A stretch of 64,000 nt of DNA from Actinomycetes bacterium (GCA_021155985.1 JAJNBA010000012.1:947-64946), one strand, 5' to 3'. Numbered from the stretch's first letter, positions 45,534 to 55,970 are shown. Notes: generated from the letters alone by a model not told the origin. Translations and numbers: made by a program.

Positions 45534-46465
45534 TCGCTCGAGGTCGCACGCTCGGCGTCCTCAGCCTGGTCTCCACGACCCCAGACATCCGGTACGGCGA
45601 GTCGGACGTGCGACTGGCCGAGGAGATCGCCCGGCGAGCGGCCGTCCGGATCGACAACGCGCGGCTCTACGAGGAACGGGATCACACCGCCAAGGTGTTG
45701 CAGAGGAGCCTGCTGCCGCCCAGCCTTCCCTCGATCCCTCATGTCGAGCTCGCAGCGCGTTACCTGCCGGTGGGCGAGGGGAACGAGGTCGGCGGCGACT
45801 TCTACGACGTCTTCGACTGCGGCGACGGCAGTTGGGCGGCTGCTGTGGGCGACGTCTGCGGGAAGGGACCCGAGGCGGCCGCGGTCATGGGACTCGCCCG
45901 ACACACGCTGCGTGCGGTGGCCCGTTTCGAACGGAGGCCAAGCGCGCTGCTCCACGAGTTGAACCGGGCGCTGATCGATCAGAGTGTCGAGGAGCGGTTC
46001 TGCACGGTCTGTCACCTGCGATTGCGACCGAGCCGCGATCACGTACGGATCACGCTGTGCTCTGCGGGTCACCCTCTCCCCTTGCTCCTGCGGCGGGACG
46101 GGAGCATGTCCTCGGTGGGCGAACCGGGGCAGCTCCTGGGCGTCATCCCCGAGGTGTCGCTGGTGGACTCCGTCATCGACCTGGATCCCGGCGATACCTT
46201 GCTGATCTACACGGACGGCGCCACCGAACAGCGCCGCGAGGCTGTCGCGGGGGAGGAGCGTCTGCGCGACGCGTTCGCTGCCTCGCTCGGCCGGGACGCC
46301 GAAGCGACCACGGCGGGAGTGGAGGAGGCTCTCCGTGCCGCTCGCGGATCGTCACCGCAGCGCGACGACGTGGCCCTGTTGGTCATCCGGGCTGCAGAGC
46401 CGGATCCGCGTCCCTCGGCGTCATCGCCACCTCCCGTTCGACCCTCCGAGGGAGTCCGGTGCTAG
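45530..46465 (+). CDS. C-terminal part of GAF + PP2C/SpoIIE phosphatase (downstream half of the split gene)
   Basis: LIARGRTLGVLSLVS...RYGESDVRLAEEIARRAAVRIDNARLYEE...GGDFYDVF...VGDVCGKGPEAAAVMG...LLIYTDGATE. Only a TTG start is available. Confidence 0.7.
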   Translation: MIARGRTLGVLSLVSTTPDIRYGESDVRLAEEIARRAAVRIDNARLYEERDHTAKVLQRSLLPPSLPSIPHVELAARYLPVGEGNEVGGDFYDVFDCGDGSWAAAVGDVCGKGPEAAAVMGLARHTLRAVARFERRPSALLHELNRALIDQSVEERFCTVCHLRLRPSRDHVRITLCSAGHPLPLLLRRDGSMSSVGEPGQLLGVIPEVSLVDSVIDLDPGDTLLIYTDGATEQRREAVAGEERLRDAFAASLGRDAEATTAGVEEALRAARGSSPQRDDVALLVIRAAEPDPRPSASSPPPVRPSEGVRC

Positions 46466-46477
46466 CGTTCGGCCGCC

Positions 46478-47401
46478 ATGGTCACGGACGCGTCCACCGA
46501 CCCGGCGCTCGACGCCGCGATCCGCGCGATCCCGTCGTGGCAAGGCGCGGAGCTCGAGATCATCCCTATCGCCGAGGGGCGCACCAATCGGAACTTCCGC
46601 GTCACGGCCGGCGACGAGGCCTTCTTCCTCCGATTGTCCGAGAAGTCCACGGAGCTGCTCGGGATCGACCGGACCGCTGAGCAGGACTCCGTCCGGGCGG
46701 CCGCCGAGGCCGGCGTGGGACCCGAGGTGTTCGTGTATCTCCCGGAGCTCGGATGCCTCGTCACCCGCTGGATCGACGCCGACCCTTTGTCCGAGGGTGA
46801 TCTCGAGCGCGAGGAGGTGCTACGTCCCGTCGTCGATGCCATCAAGGCGATCCACGCCGGGCCTTCACTCCCGGCGGCGTTCGACCCGTTCCGGATCGTG
46901 GAGGACTACCGGCGCATCTCCGAGGAGCGCGGCGTGAGCGTCCCCGACGCCTTCGACGGCGCGCACGCGAAGGCGTCCCGGATCGAGGCCGCGTTCGCGC
47001 GCGATCCGATGCCGCAGCTGCCCTGCCACAACGACCTCCTCGAGGCGAACTTCCTCTTGCGCGACGGTCACGTCTGGGTCGTGGACCACGAGTACGCGGG
47101 GATGGGCGACCCGTTCTTCGACCTCGGCAACCTCTCGATCAACAACGCGCTGTCGGATGCCGCGCAGGAGCGACTCCTCGCCCTGTACTTCGAGGAGCCG
47201 ACCGACGCACATCACGCCCGCCTGAAGCTGATGCGGATCATGTCCGACTTCCGCGAGGCGATGTGGGGCGTCGTCCAGCAGGGCCTGTCCACGCTCGACA
47301 TCGACTACGTGGAGTACGCGACGAAGCACTTCGACCGGCTCTCCACGACGATGGCGGACCCTCGCTTCGACGACTGGCTCGAGACCGCGCGAGGGATCTG
47401 A
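46478..47401 (+). CDS. choline/ethanolamine-kinase-like phosphotransferase (APH/ChoK fold)
   Basis: GRTNRNFRV, Brenner motif LPCHNDLLEANFL, and ChoK motif VVDHEYAGMGDPFFDLGN. Confidence 0.85.
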   Translation: MVTDASTDPALDAAIRAIPSWQGAELEIIPIAEGRTNRNFRVTAGDEAFFLRLSEKSTELLGIDRTAEQDSVRAAAEAGVGPEVFVYLPELGCLVTRWIDADPLSEGDLEREEVLRPVVDAIKAIHAGPSLPAAFDPFRIVEDYRRISEERGVSVPDAFDGAHAKASRIEAAFARDPMPQLPCHNDLLEANFLLRDGHVWVVDHEYAGMGDPFFDLGNLSINNALSDAAQERLLALYFEEPTDAHHARLKLMRIMSDFREAMWGVVQQGLSTLDIDYVEYATKHFDRLSTTMADPRFDDWLETARGI

Positions 47402-47404
47402 GCG

Positions 47405-49834
47405 GTGGCGGACGATCGCGCGCGCGTCGTGGTGATCGGCGGCGGCGTGGCGGGGACGAGCATCGCCTTCCACCTGACGCGCCTCGGCTGGACCGACGTG
47501 CTCCTGCTGGATCGAGGTGAGCTCACGAGCGGCTCCACGTTCCACTCGGCCGGACTCGTGGCCCAGCTCCGGAACTCCGTGAGCCACACGCGGATGATGA
47601 TGTACGGCGCGGAGCTCTACCCGACGCTCGCGGAAGAGACGGGCGTCGACCCAGGATGGCACCAGGTGGGGACGCTCCATCTCGCGTCCTCGCCGTACCG
47701 GATGGAGGCGCTCGCCCGCCAGGCCGGGTGGGCGAAGTCCTTCGGGCTCCCCGTCGAGATCGTCTCGGCCCAGGAGGCCCTCGAGCGCTTCCCGCTGATC
47801 GACGCGTCGCGCGTGCTCGGCGCCCAGTTCGTCCCGACCGACGGGCACATCGACCCAACCGGGCTCACACTCTCGTTCGCCGCGGGGGCGAAAGCTGCGG
47901 GTGCGCGCGTGCGAACGGGAGTCCGTGTGGAGGAGATCACCGTGCGCGACGGCCGCGTTGTCGGCGTCGTGACGGATCACGGCGCGGTCGAGGCCGAGGT
48001 CGTCGTGAACGCCGGCGGGATCTGGGCGCACGAGCTCGGACGACTGGCGGGTGTCGAGATCCCCATCGTCCCGATGGAGCACCAGTACCTGATCACGCGG
48101 CCGATCGAAGGGGTTCGGGCGGACTTCCCGACGCTCCGCGACCCCGACAACCTCGTCTACGTCCGGGAGGAGGTCGGCGGCCTCGTCGTCGGGGGCTACG
48201 AGCGGAACCCGGACCCGTGGCACGTCAGCGATCCGATCCCACGTGACTTCAACCACCGGCTCCTGCCCGAGAACTGGGAGCGGTTCGAGTCGATCGCGGA
48301 CGGCGCGTTCCGGCTGATCCCGCCGCTGCAGACGATCGAGATCAACCGGTTCATCAACGGCCCCGAGGCGTTCACGCCCGACGACGACTTCATCCTGGGC
48401 GAGACCGACGTGCGTGGGTTCTTCGTCGCGGCCGGCTTCTGCGCCCACGGGGTCACCGGCGCGGCGGGCATCGGGCGATGGACGGCGGAATGGATCGTCG
48501 AGGGCGAGCCCTCGATGGACCTGTCGAAGATGGACCTCCGGCGCTTCGGGCGCCAGTACGCGAGCCGGGACTACGCGCTGGCGAAGGCCTACGAGATCTA
48601 CGCGAAGCACTACGACGTCCGGTATCCGGGCGAGGAGAACGAGGCGGGCCGGCCGCTCCGGATGGCCCCGACGTACGGGCGCCTGGAGAAGCTGGACGCC
48701 GAGTTCGGCGAGAAGGCCGGGTGGGAACGAGCGAACTGGTTCCGGTCGAACGAGGATGCCGCCCACGAGGATCGGCGGCCGCGCGGCTGGGCCGGCGAGC
48801 AGTGGTCGACGGCGATCGTGGCCGAGCACCTAGCCGTCCGCGAACGAGCCGCGCTCTTCGACGAGACGAGCTTCGCGAAGTTCGAGGTCTCGGGTCCCGG
48901 CGCCCTCGCCCTCCTCCAGCGCCTTTGCGCGAACGACGTGGACGTGCGCGTCGGTCGCATCGTGTACACGCAGATGCTGAACCACCGTGGTGGGATCGAG
49001 GCCGATCTCACGGTCACACGGCTCGGCGACGAACGGTTCCGTGTCGTGACCGGGACCGCCTCCGGGAGCCGTGACCTCGCGTGGATCCGTCGGCACCAGG
49101 AAGGTGAGGACGCCCTCGTCCGAGACGTCACGTCGGGCCTCGCCTGCCTCGGGATCTGGGGTCCGGCCGCGCGCGAGATCCTCGCGTCGGTCTGCGACGA
49201 CGACCTGTCGAACGAGGGCTTCCGGTACCTCACCGGTCGCGACGTCGAGGTCGCGGACGTGCCGTGCTTCGCGGCGCGCGTGACCTACGTCGGCGAGCTG
49301 GGCTGGGAGCTGTATCCATCGACCGAGTTCGCGGTGCGGCTGTGGGATCGGCTGATCGAGGCAGGCGCACCGCACGGACTCCTGCCCGCCGGCTATCGAG
49401 CGATCGACTCGCTCCGGCTCGAGAAGGGATACCGGTCGTGGGGCGCCGACATCACGCCCGACGACTCCCCGCTCGAGGCGGGGCTGGGCTTCGCGGTGGG
49501 GTTCGACAAGGACGCCGACTTCCTCGGGCGCGACGCGCTGCGACGGCTGCGCGACGAAGGCGTCACCCGGCGCCTCCGATGCCTGACCCTGGCGGATCCT
49601 CGTTCGTCCACCCTCGGGAACGAGCCGGTGCGCGTCGGCGACGGGATCGTCGCGAGGGTCACCTCGGGCGGGATCGGCTACCGCGTCGGGTTGAGCATCG
49701 CGTTCGCGTACCTCCCCGATGGGCTCGACGAGGTCGGCACGAAGGTCTCGATCGAGGTGTTCGGCGATTGGGTCGACGCCGAGGTCGTCGAGGACACCCT
49801 CTGGGACCCTTCCGGGGAGAGGATCAGGGCGTGA
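47405..49834 (+). CDS. dimethylglycine/sarcosine oxidase-dehydrogenase-like flavoenzyme (FAD domain + GcvT-type folate-binding domain), copy 1
   Basis: VVVIGGGVAGTSIAFHL, then TSGSTFHSAGLV (the position of the covalent-FAD His). The C-terminus is aminomethyltransferase-like (FAKFEVSGPGA...GELGWELY...). Confidence 0.9.
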   Translation: MADDRARVVVIGGGVAGTSIAFHLTRLGWTDVLLLDRGELTSGSTFHSAGLVAQLRNSVSHTRMMMYGAELYPTLAEETGVDPGWHQVGTLHLASSPYRMEALARQAGWAKSFGLPVEIVSAQEALERFPLIDASRVLGAQFVPTDGHIDPTGLTLSFAAGAKAAGARVRTGVRVEEITVRDGRVVGVVTDHGAVEAEVVVNAGGIWAHELGRLAGVEIPIVPMEHQYLITRPIEGVRADFPTLRDPDNLVYVREEVGGLVVGGYERNPDPWHVSDPIPRDFNHRLLPENWERFESIADGAFRLIPPLQTIEINRFINGPEAFTPDDDFILGETDVRGFFVAAGFCAHGVTGAAGIGRWTAEWIVEGEPSMDLSKMDLRRFGRQYASRDYALAKAYEIYAKHYDVRYPGEENEAGRPLRMAPTYGRLEKLDAEFGEKAGWERANWFRSNEDAAHEDRRPRGWAGEQWSTAIVAEHLAVRERAALFDETSFAKFEVSGPGALALLQRLCANDVDVRVGRIVYTQMLNHRGGIEADLTVTRLGDERFRVVTGTASGSRDLAWIRRHQEGEDALVRDVTSGLACLGIWGPAAREILASVCDDDLSNEGFRYLTGRDVEVADVPCFAARVTYVGELGWELYPSTEFAVRLWDRLIEAGAPHGLLPAGYRAIDSLRLEKGYRSWGADITPDDSPLEAGLGFAVGFDKDADFLGRDALRRLRDEGVTRRLRCLTLADPRSSTLGNEPVRVGDGIVARVTSGGIGYRVGLSIAFAYLPDGLDEVGTKVSIEVFGDWVDAEVVEDTLWDPSGERIRA

Positions 49835-50598
49835 TGGAGCAACCGAGCTTCGACCTCGACGGGCAGGTGGCGTTCGTGACGGGCGCCGGCCGCGGCATCG
49901 GTCGCGACCTCGTCCTGGCGCTGGCGGCGGCCGGCGCACAGGTGGCCGCGGGAGTCCGATCGCCCGGCGACGGGGAGTGGGTGGTGGCCGAGGCGCGTCA
50001 TGCCGGCGGCGACGCCGAAGCGGTCACGCTCGACGTCGCCGACCGCGGCTCGATCGAGCGCGCCGTAGACCAGACCGTCGAACGGTTCGGCCGGATCGAC
50101 ATCCTCGTGAACAACGCGGGACTCGGCACGAACCACGACGCCCTCGACGCCACCGAGCAGGAGTGGGACGAGCTGTTCGCCGTGAACGTGCGCGGGCTGT
50201 TCTTCGCGTGCCAGTCGGCGGGGCGCCGCATGGTGGAGCAGCGCTTCGGCCGCATCGTCAACATGGCCTCACAGGCCGGTCTCGTCGGGATCCCGCGGCA
50301 CGCCGCCTACAGCGCGAGCAAGGGCGCCGTGATCGCACTCACGAGGGTGCTCGCATTGGAATGGGCGCCGTTCGGCGTCACGGTGAACAGCGTGGCGCCA
50401 ACGTTCATCCGCACACCGGGAACCGCCGAGCGCCTCGATCGGCCGGAGTTCCTCGCCGACGTCCTGGAACGGCTCCCGGTCGGTCGCGTCGGCACCACCA
50501 CCGACGTCGCCGGCGCGGTGATCTACCTCGCGTCTCCCGCCGCAGGCCTCGTCACGGGGACCGTCTTGGTCGTCGACGGCGGCTGGACGGCGCGCTGA
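49834..50598 (+). CDS. short-chain dehydrogenase/reductase
   Basis: FVTGAGRGIGR, NNAG, and the YSASK catalytic motif. Its ATG overlaps the upstream TGA (TGATG). Confidence 0.9.
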   Translation: MEQPSFDLDGQVAFVTGAGRGIGRDLVLALAAAGAQVAAGVRSPGDGEWVVAEARHAGGDAEAVTLDVADRGSIERAVDQTVERFGRIDILVNNAGLGTNHDALDATEQEWDELFAVNVRGLFFACQSAGRRMVEQRFGRIVNMASQAGLVGIPRHAAYSASKGAVIALTRVLALEWAPFGVTVNSVAPTFIRTPGTAERLDRPEFLADVLERLPVGRVGTTTDVAGAVIYLASPAAGLVTGTVLVVDGGWTAR

Positions 50599-50599
50599 T

Positions 50600-50929
50600 C
50601 TATCCGGGAGTGAACGTGTTGCCGTTCCACGCCGCGCGGATCCGTTTGCGGATCACTCCCGAAACGTCCAGATGCACCGATTCAGGGAGATCGCGTCCGC
50701 CGCAGTCGAGCAGAAGCACGATGTCCTCTCTCTCGAACCGCTGGAAGTCCCGCTCGGGGCCGGGCGGATCGGTCGAGGCTTCGAGGACGAACACGGGGTG
50801 GTAGCCGTACTCCATCGTGACGACCCAGACGTAGAGCACGCCTCCCCTCGATCGCACGTATTCGATCGCCCCCGGCGTCGCCTCGATCCGCACGACCGTC
50901 AGCGTGCGCCCGGGTCGGGGGCCCGTCAA
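50600..50929 (-). CDS. hypothetical 109-aa protein, last cistron of the minus-strand cassette
   Basis: ORF with normal composition (MTGPRPGRTLTVVRIEATPGAIEYVRSRGGVLYVWVV...). Its start overlaps the kinase stop by 4 nt. Confidence 0.5.
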   Translation of the reverse strand: MTGPRPGRTLTVVRIEATPGAIEYVRSRGGVLYVWVVTMEYGYHPVFVLEASTDPPGPERDFQRFEREDIVLLLDCGGRDLPESVHLDVSGVIRKRIRAAWNGNTFTPG

Positions 50930-51825
50930 CGCCCGGCGTCCGCGAGCCGTGATCCGAAGTCAGGACTCGCGAAGGCATCCCGCGCCCGTGCCCATCGCTC
51001 CTCTGCCCAGCCCCAGAAATCGAAGTCGATCGATGAGATCTCGGCCTGGATCGCGGCCCACAGCGTCCATCCGACGTCGGCCATCACCGCCTGGAGGTCC
51101 ATCCGCGCTCGGAGCGCCGGCGTCGCCTCGCCGAAGTAGGCCTCGCACAGCCCGGCTCGGAGGTCGGGGTCGAAGGCGCATTCCTGCGCCGTATCGCCGA
51201 GCTCGAACGAGGGATCGTTGTTCCCGCTGTACTCGAAGTCGACGATCCACAACTGCTCGCCGTCGTCGATGTAGTTCTCGGCGAGGAGATCGTTGTGACA
51301 CGGCACCGTCGGAAGCGGCCGCCGGGCCAAGGTGCGTTCGATCCTCGCGACATCGTCGAGATGCCCTCGGAAGCCGTCCGGGATGCGGATCTCTCGTTCC
51401 GAACAGACGCCGAGGTAGAAGTCGGTGAGCCGGAACATGTCGAAGTCCTGCAGGAAACGTGGTCCAGCGTGCAACCGGCCGAGCGACGCCGCGATCCGCC
51501 GGACCTGCTCGGGCTTCCGCAGAGCCTCCGCCGACATCGTCGTCCCGTCGATGTACTCGATCACCATCACGTCGAGATCGTCGAGCACCTCGACGATCCT
51601 CGGAGAGACTCCCGTCACGGAGGCGGCCGCCGCGTTGTGACGCTCGTTCAGGCGATCAACCGCGAGGAGTTCGGTCGACGTCCCCGGGATCCGAACGACG
51701 TATCGGACGCCGTTGACCTCGACGAGGTGATTCGTATTCGTGAGCCCGCCCGAGAGCTCGCTGACGTTCACCTGATGGCCGCGCCAGACCTCGACGCGCT
51801 GCAGGACCTCCTCGAGCGTCGTCAC
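50926..51825 (-). CDS. choline/ethanolamine-kinase-like phosphotransferase, copy 2
   Basis: GGLTNTNHLV, VPCHNDLLAENYI and IVDFEYSGNNDPSFELGD. Confidence 0.85.
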   Translation of the reverse strand: MTTLEEVLQRVEVWRGHQVNVSELSGGLTNTNHLVEVNGVRYVVRIPGTSTELLAVDRLNERHNAAAASVTGVSPRIVEVLDDLDVMVIEYIDGTTMSAEALRKPEQVRRIAASLGRLHAGPRFLQDFDMFRLTDFYLGVCSEREIRIPDGFRGHLDDVARIERTLARRPLPTVPCHNDLLAENYIDDGEQLWIVDFEYSGNNDPSFELGDTAQECAFDPDLRAGLCEAYFGEATPALRARMDLQAVMADVGWTLWAAIQAEISSIDFDFWGWAEERWARARDAFASPDFGSRLADAGR

Positions 51826-54236
51826 GCGCGCGACCTCGCGCCCACCAGCACGTCCTCGACCACCGTCGTGGGCACGACTCGGCCGAAAACCTCCACGTGG
51901 AGGTCGTCTGCGGGGCCGAGATCGCTCGGGAGGTAGACGAGGGCGACGTTCCGACCGACCGTGAAGGCGTAGGCGGCGCTCCGCACGCGGCCGACCGCCC
52001 GACCGTCCCGCAGCACCGCCTCACCGCCGTAGAGCCGCAGGTAGGACGCGTCGTCACCGACCAGGAGCGTCCGCAGCCGGCGCTCGATCCCTGCGCTCCG
52101 GCGCTCCAGGAGCCGCTGCCGCCCGATGAAGTCACGGCCTTCGAACGCGATGAACCGTTCGAGGCCAGCCTCCAGCGGCGAATCGTCCGCGGTGAGATCC
52201 GTCCCCAGGTACCGGAAGCCCTTCTCGATGCGAAGACCATCGAGACAACGGTAGCCGCACGGTTCGAGACCCGCCGACGCCCCGGCGTCGATCAACCGGT
52301 CCCACGCCTGCACGGCGCCGTCGGGCTCGATCGCCAGCTCCCAGCCGGGCTCTCCCGCGAAGCTCACCGACTGCGCCCAGGCGAGGACCGGTCCGATCCG
52401 GATCTCGCGTCCGGTCATGGGGGCGAGCGTCGACGCGTCAATGTCGGCGCACGCGCCGAGCACGTCGAGGGCGGACCGGCCCCACACGGCGATCACGGCG
52501 AGCTCCTCGCTCGCGTCGCGCAGACCGACGCGATCCAGACCCTCGTCCATCGCCACCCGTCGCAGCCAGCCGAGGTCGCCGTCGACGGCGGCCGCCCCGG
52601 TGATCACCCGGAACCGATCCTCCGCGAGCCGGGTCACCGTCACGTCCGCCACGATCCCGCCCCTCGCGTCGAGGAACTGCGTGTAGACCACCCGACCGGG
52701 CGGCACGTCGACCCGGTTCGCGGCCGCGCGTTCGAGCAGTCGCACGGCGTCGGGTCCACTCACCTCGATCTTCCCGAACGAGCTGAGATCGAACAGACCG
52801 GCCCGCTCTCGGACCGCTCGATGTTCGTCGCCCACGCGATCGAGCCACGGTGGACGCTCCCAACCGAAGTCGCGCTGGTCCGCACCCGCCCGCCGCCAGG
52901 GCTTCCCGGGCTCGAATCGCTCCGGACGCTCCCATCCGTGCTTCGCCTGGAATACCGCGCCTGCGTCCTGGAGGCGACCGTGCAGGGGCGACACCCGTTT
53001 CGGCCTCCCCCACTCGTCATGATCGAACGGGTAGCGGAGCCGGTAGTAGTAGCGATAGGTCTCACGGGCGAGCTCCGCGACCCACCCGGCATCATCGTGG
53101 ACCCGCCCGAAGCGCCACGGACGGTACGCGGTGAGGTCGACGCCGGGGTCGTCCTCCGCGATCCATCCGGCCAGGGCGTGACCGAGCCCCCCGGCGGCTC
53201 CGAAACCGTTCAGCGATAACCCCGCCGCGAACCACAGGCCTCGGACGGTCGGCGCGGGGCCGACGAGTGGGTTGGCGTCCGGCGTCATCGCGTCCGGATG
53301 GCAGACGAGCTTCACGATCTCGGCGTCGGCGATGAACGGGAAGCGTCGGGCGGCCCCACGCAGCAGCTGCTCGAATCGCTCCATGTCGGCGGGGAGCGAC
53401 CTCCCGCCGTGCTCCCAGGGCGCGCCGTCGATCCATCGAGCGACCGGATCCGGCTCGTACCCGCCGAACACGATCCCGCCTGCCTCGGCCTTCCCGTAGA
53501 CGAGCCGGTCCGGGTCGCGGAAGCAGGGCATATCGCGCGGCAGCTCCGAACCCGGTACCGCCTTCAGGGCTACGTGCTGGTGGTCGACGGGCGTCGACGG
53601 GATCCGGACCCCCGCCATCGACGCGACTCGCGGGGCCCAGATCCCGCCGGCGTCGACGAGGACCTCGCACTCGACCCGGCCGTGCTCGGTCCTGACCGCC
53701 CGGACCGCCCGACGGTCGTCGAGCTCGATCGCGGTCACCCGGTCGTTCGTTCGGATCCGGACGCCGAGCGCGCGAGCGGCGTCCGCGAGCGCGTACGTCG
53801 CGGTATGGGGATCGAGGAAGCCGTCCGCGGGCACCCACACGCTCCCGAAGAGCGACTCGGGGCTCGCCGCCGGCAGCAGACGCAGGGTCTCCTCCGGAGA
53901 CAGCAGTTCGACCTCCAAGCCGATGCCGTTGGCTCGAGAGACCCCGCGTCGCAGATCCTCGAGAGACTCACTGCTCGACGCGATCCGGAGGGAGCCCACC
54001 GTGTCGAAGACCCCGAGCTCCCGGTACAGCTCGATCGAGTACCGGCGGAAGGACGCCATCGTCGGCGACGGATTGAACATCGTGACGAGGCCGGCCGCGT
54101 GCGCCGTGGACCCGCTCGTCAATTCGCCCTTGTCGAACAGGAGCAGGTCGGTCCAGCCCGCCCGTGCGAGATGCAGGGCGACGCTGCAGCCGGCAACGCC
54201 GCCCCCGATCACGACCACGCGAGCGCGGTCGGTCAT
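51822..54236 (-). CDS. dimethylglycine/sarcosine oxidase-dehydrogenase-like flavoenzyme (FAD + GcvT domain), copy 2
   Basis: VVVIGGGVAGCSVALHL, TSGSTAHAAGLV, and the C-terminus FGKIEVSGPDA...GEPGWELA. Confidence 0.9.
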   Translation of the reverse strand: MTDRARVVVIGGGVAGCSVALHLARAGWTDLLLFDKGELTSGSTAHAAGLVTMFNPSPTMASFRRYSIELYRELGVFDTVGSLRIASSSESLEDLRRGVSRANGIGLEVELLSPEETLRLLPAASPESLFGSVWVPADGFLDPHTATYALADAARALGVRIRTNDRVTAIELDDRRAVRAVRTEHGRVECEVLVDAGGIWAPRVASMAGVRIPSTPVDHQHVALKAVPGSELPRDMPCFRDPDRLVYGKAEAGGIVFGGYEPDPVARWIDGAPWEHGGRSLPADMERFEQLLRGAARRFPFIADAEIVKLVCHPDAMTPDANPLVGPAPTVRGLWFAAGLSLNGFGAAGGLGHALAGWIAEDDPGVDLTAYRPWRFGRVHDDAGWVAELARETYRYYYRLRYPFDHDEWGRPKRVSPLHGRLQDAGAVFQAKHGWERPERFEPGKPWRRAGADQRDFGWERPPWLDRVGDEHRAVRERAGLFDLSSFGKIEVSGPDAVRLLERAAANRVDVPPGRVVYTQFLDARGGIVADVTVTRLAEDRFRVITGAAAVDGDLGWLRRVAMDEGLDRVGLRDASEELAVIAVWGRSALDVLGACADIDASTLAPMTGREIRIGPVLAWAQSVSFAGEPGWELAIEPDGAVQAWDRLIDAGASAGLEPCGYRCLDGLRIEKGFRYLGTDLTADDSPLEAGLERFIAFEGRDFIGRQRLLERRSAGIERRLRTLLVGDDASYLRLYGGEAVLRDGRAVGRVRSAAYAFTVGRNVALVYLPSDLGPADDLHVEVFGRVVPTTVVEDVLVGARSRA

Positions 54237-54256
54237 CGGAGCCGGCTCCGACGGAA

Positions 54257-54281
54257 GGGGCGGGGCCTCCGGCCCCGCCCC
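54257..54281. other. perfect 11-bp GC hairpin between the permease and flavoenzyme genes
   Basis: GGGGCGGGGCC-TCC-GGCCCCGCCCC. Confidence 0.5.
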
Positions 54282-54303
54282 GTCCTGCTCCGTCGCCGGT
54301 CGC

Positions 54304-55938
54304 TCACTCCGGCGGGATCTCCCGGAAGGCGTACTCGACCTTCAGACCGGTGCTCGCCCGGACCGATCGCATCACGAAGTACACGAGCAGCCCGAGCACC
54401 GCCGTCCCCAGGACGATGAAGTAGGGGACGGCGTCGCCCGTGTACGCGAGGCCGAGCTCAGACCGGAACATGAAGAACCCGACCATCATCGCCCCGAAGA
54501 TGAAGCCGAGCGAGCCGATCACCGTCACGAGCGGCACGCTCCCGAGCACGTACTTCGCGCCAGGCGACGCCTCGTACAGCTGTTTCGCGCGATAGGGCAG
54601 GAGTGCCGCGGCGAGTGCCGAGAGGGTCATCACGGCTCCGTTCGCGAACGTCACACCCAGCGTCCATCGCGTCCACTCGTCGACCATGTTGAACCCCCAG
54701 ATCACGGGGATCGCGGCGAGGAGGTACGCGATGTGCGCGTTCACCGGCGTCTTCCACCTCGGGTGGACCTTGGCGAACCAGTCGGGCAGGAGGCCGTCCA
54801 GGCCTTGCGCGACCATGATCCTCGTAGTCCCGATGAAGCAGTTGCAGACGATCTGGAACGAATTGAGGATGAACCCCACCCCGATCAGGAGGACGATCAC
54901 CCAACTTCCGGTGAGGCCCATCGCCATCAGGTTGGGGAACATGATGTTCCCGCCGATCGTCGCCTCAGGAAGCCCTAGCCAGTAGCCGGAGGATGCGACG
55001 AGGACCCCTTCGTCACCGATGCCGTTCTGCAGTGCCACTGCCAGCAGGATCAGCAGACCGGCGGTGAGCGCCAGGGAGCCGACGATGATGAAGACCTGGC
55101 TGCGGAACACGTTGGCGTTCTTGATCTCGCCGCCCTGCTCCGAGGAATACGTCGCCCACTGGAGGCTCGTCCAGGCGATAGGCGCCACCAGGAGCGTGCC
55201 GAAGAGCCAGAACGGCGGGTTGAAGTTCACGCCCGCGTCCGCCGCGGCGGCTCTCGCCGTCGCGAAGAAGCCCTGGACGCCGTCCACCTCTCCCGCGAAC
55301 GCGTCCAGCTTCCCCGTTGCCGAGGCCGGGTCGGTCGTCAGGAAGAGTAGGAGGACGATCCCGAACGAGATCAGGATCGCGTACCACATCACGTACTGGA
55401 ACCGGACGTAGTTGCGGAACCCCGTCACAAGCAGGACGAGCGCCGCGACGGCGTTCGCGATGCTGATCACGATGATCCCGGTCGTGCTGGCGGCCCACGT
55501 GCCGATGTCCGTGAAGGCGTCGACACCGGTCGTCACACCGAGACCGATGAACGTGGGCGCGAGACCGAGCGTGGCGAGCAGCCAACCCGAGAGCGCCACC
55601 CACTGCAGGATCCAGACCACGAAGAACGCGAAGACCACGGTGAACCCGAATCCGCCGCCGAAGACGCGGCTCTGGAACACGTAGTCCCCGCCCGATCTGG
55701 GCAGCGCCGTCGCGAGCCACACGTAAGCCAGCGCGATCGGGAGCTCGAACACGAACGCGAAGACGATCCCGAGGACCAGGTTGGATCCTTCGAGTGCCGT
55801 CGGAGCCCACACGTAGGTCCAGGGGAAGATGATCCCCATCGTGAGGACGTTGTAGATGAAGGCCGAGTACGGGGACATCACCCGTACGAGGCCGGAGGCA
55901 CGCCGAGTGAAGACCTGCGGCGCTACCGCTTCAGCCAT
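54304..55938 (-). CDS. APC-superfamily amino acid/amine permease
   Basis: About 12 hydrophobic segments; ATALPRSGGDYVF. ATG 55938 is preceded by GGAGGGAGGGG, so the track start at 55962 is rejected. Confidence 0.9.
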   Translation of the reverse strand: MAEAVAPQVFTRRASGLVRVMSPYSAFIYNVLTMGIIFPWTYVWAPTALEGSNLVLGIVFAFVFELPIALAYVWLATALPRSGGDYVFQSRVFGGGFGFTVVFAFFVVWILQWVALSGWLLATLGLAPTFIGLGVTTGVDAFTDIGTWAASTTGIIVISIANAVAALVLLVTGFRNYVRFQYVMWYAILISFGIVLLLFLTTDPASATGKLDAFAGEVDGVQGFFATARAAAADAGVNFNPPFWLFGTLLVAPIAWTSLQWATYSSEQGGEIKNANVFRSQVFIIVGSLALTAGLLILLAVALQNGIGDEGVLVASSGYWLGLPEATIGGNIMFPNLMAMGLTGSWVIVLLIGVGFILNSFQIVCNCFIGTTRIMVAQGLDGLLPDWFAKVHPRWKTPVNAHIAYLLAAIPVIWGFNMVDEWTRWTLGVTFANGAVMTLSALAAALLPYRAKQLYEASPGAKYVLGSVPLVTVIGSLGFIFGAMMVGFFMFRSELGLAYTGDAVPYFIVLGTAVLGLLVYFVMRSVRASTGLKVEYAFREIPPE

Positions 55939-55970
55939 CCCCTCCCTCCTTCCGTGCGTCACGCTCCAGC

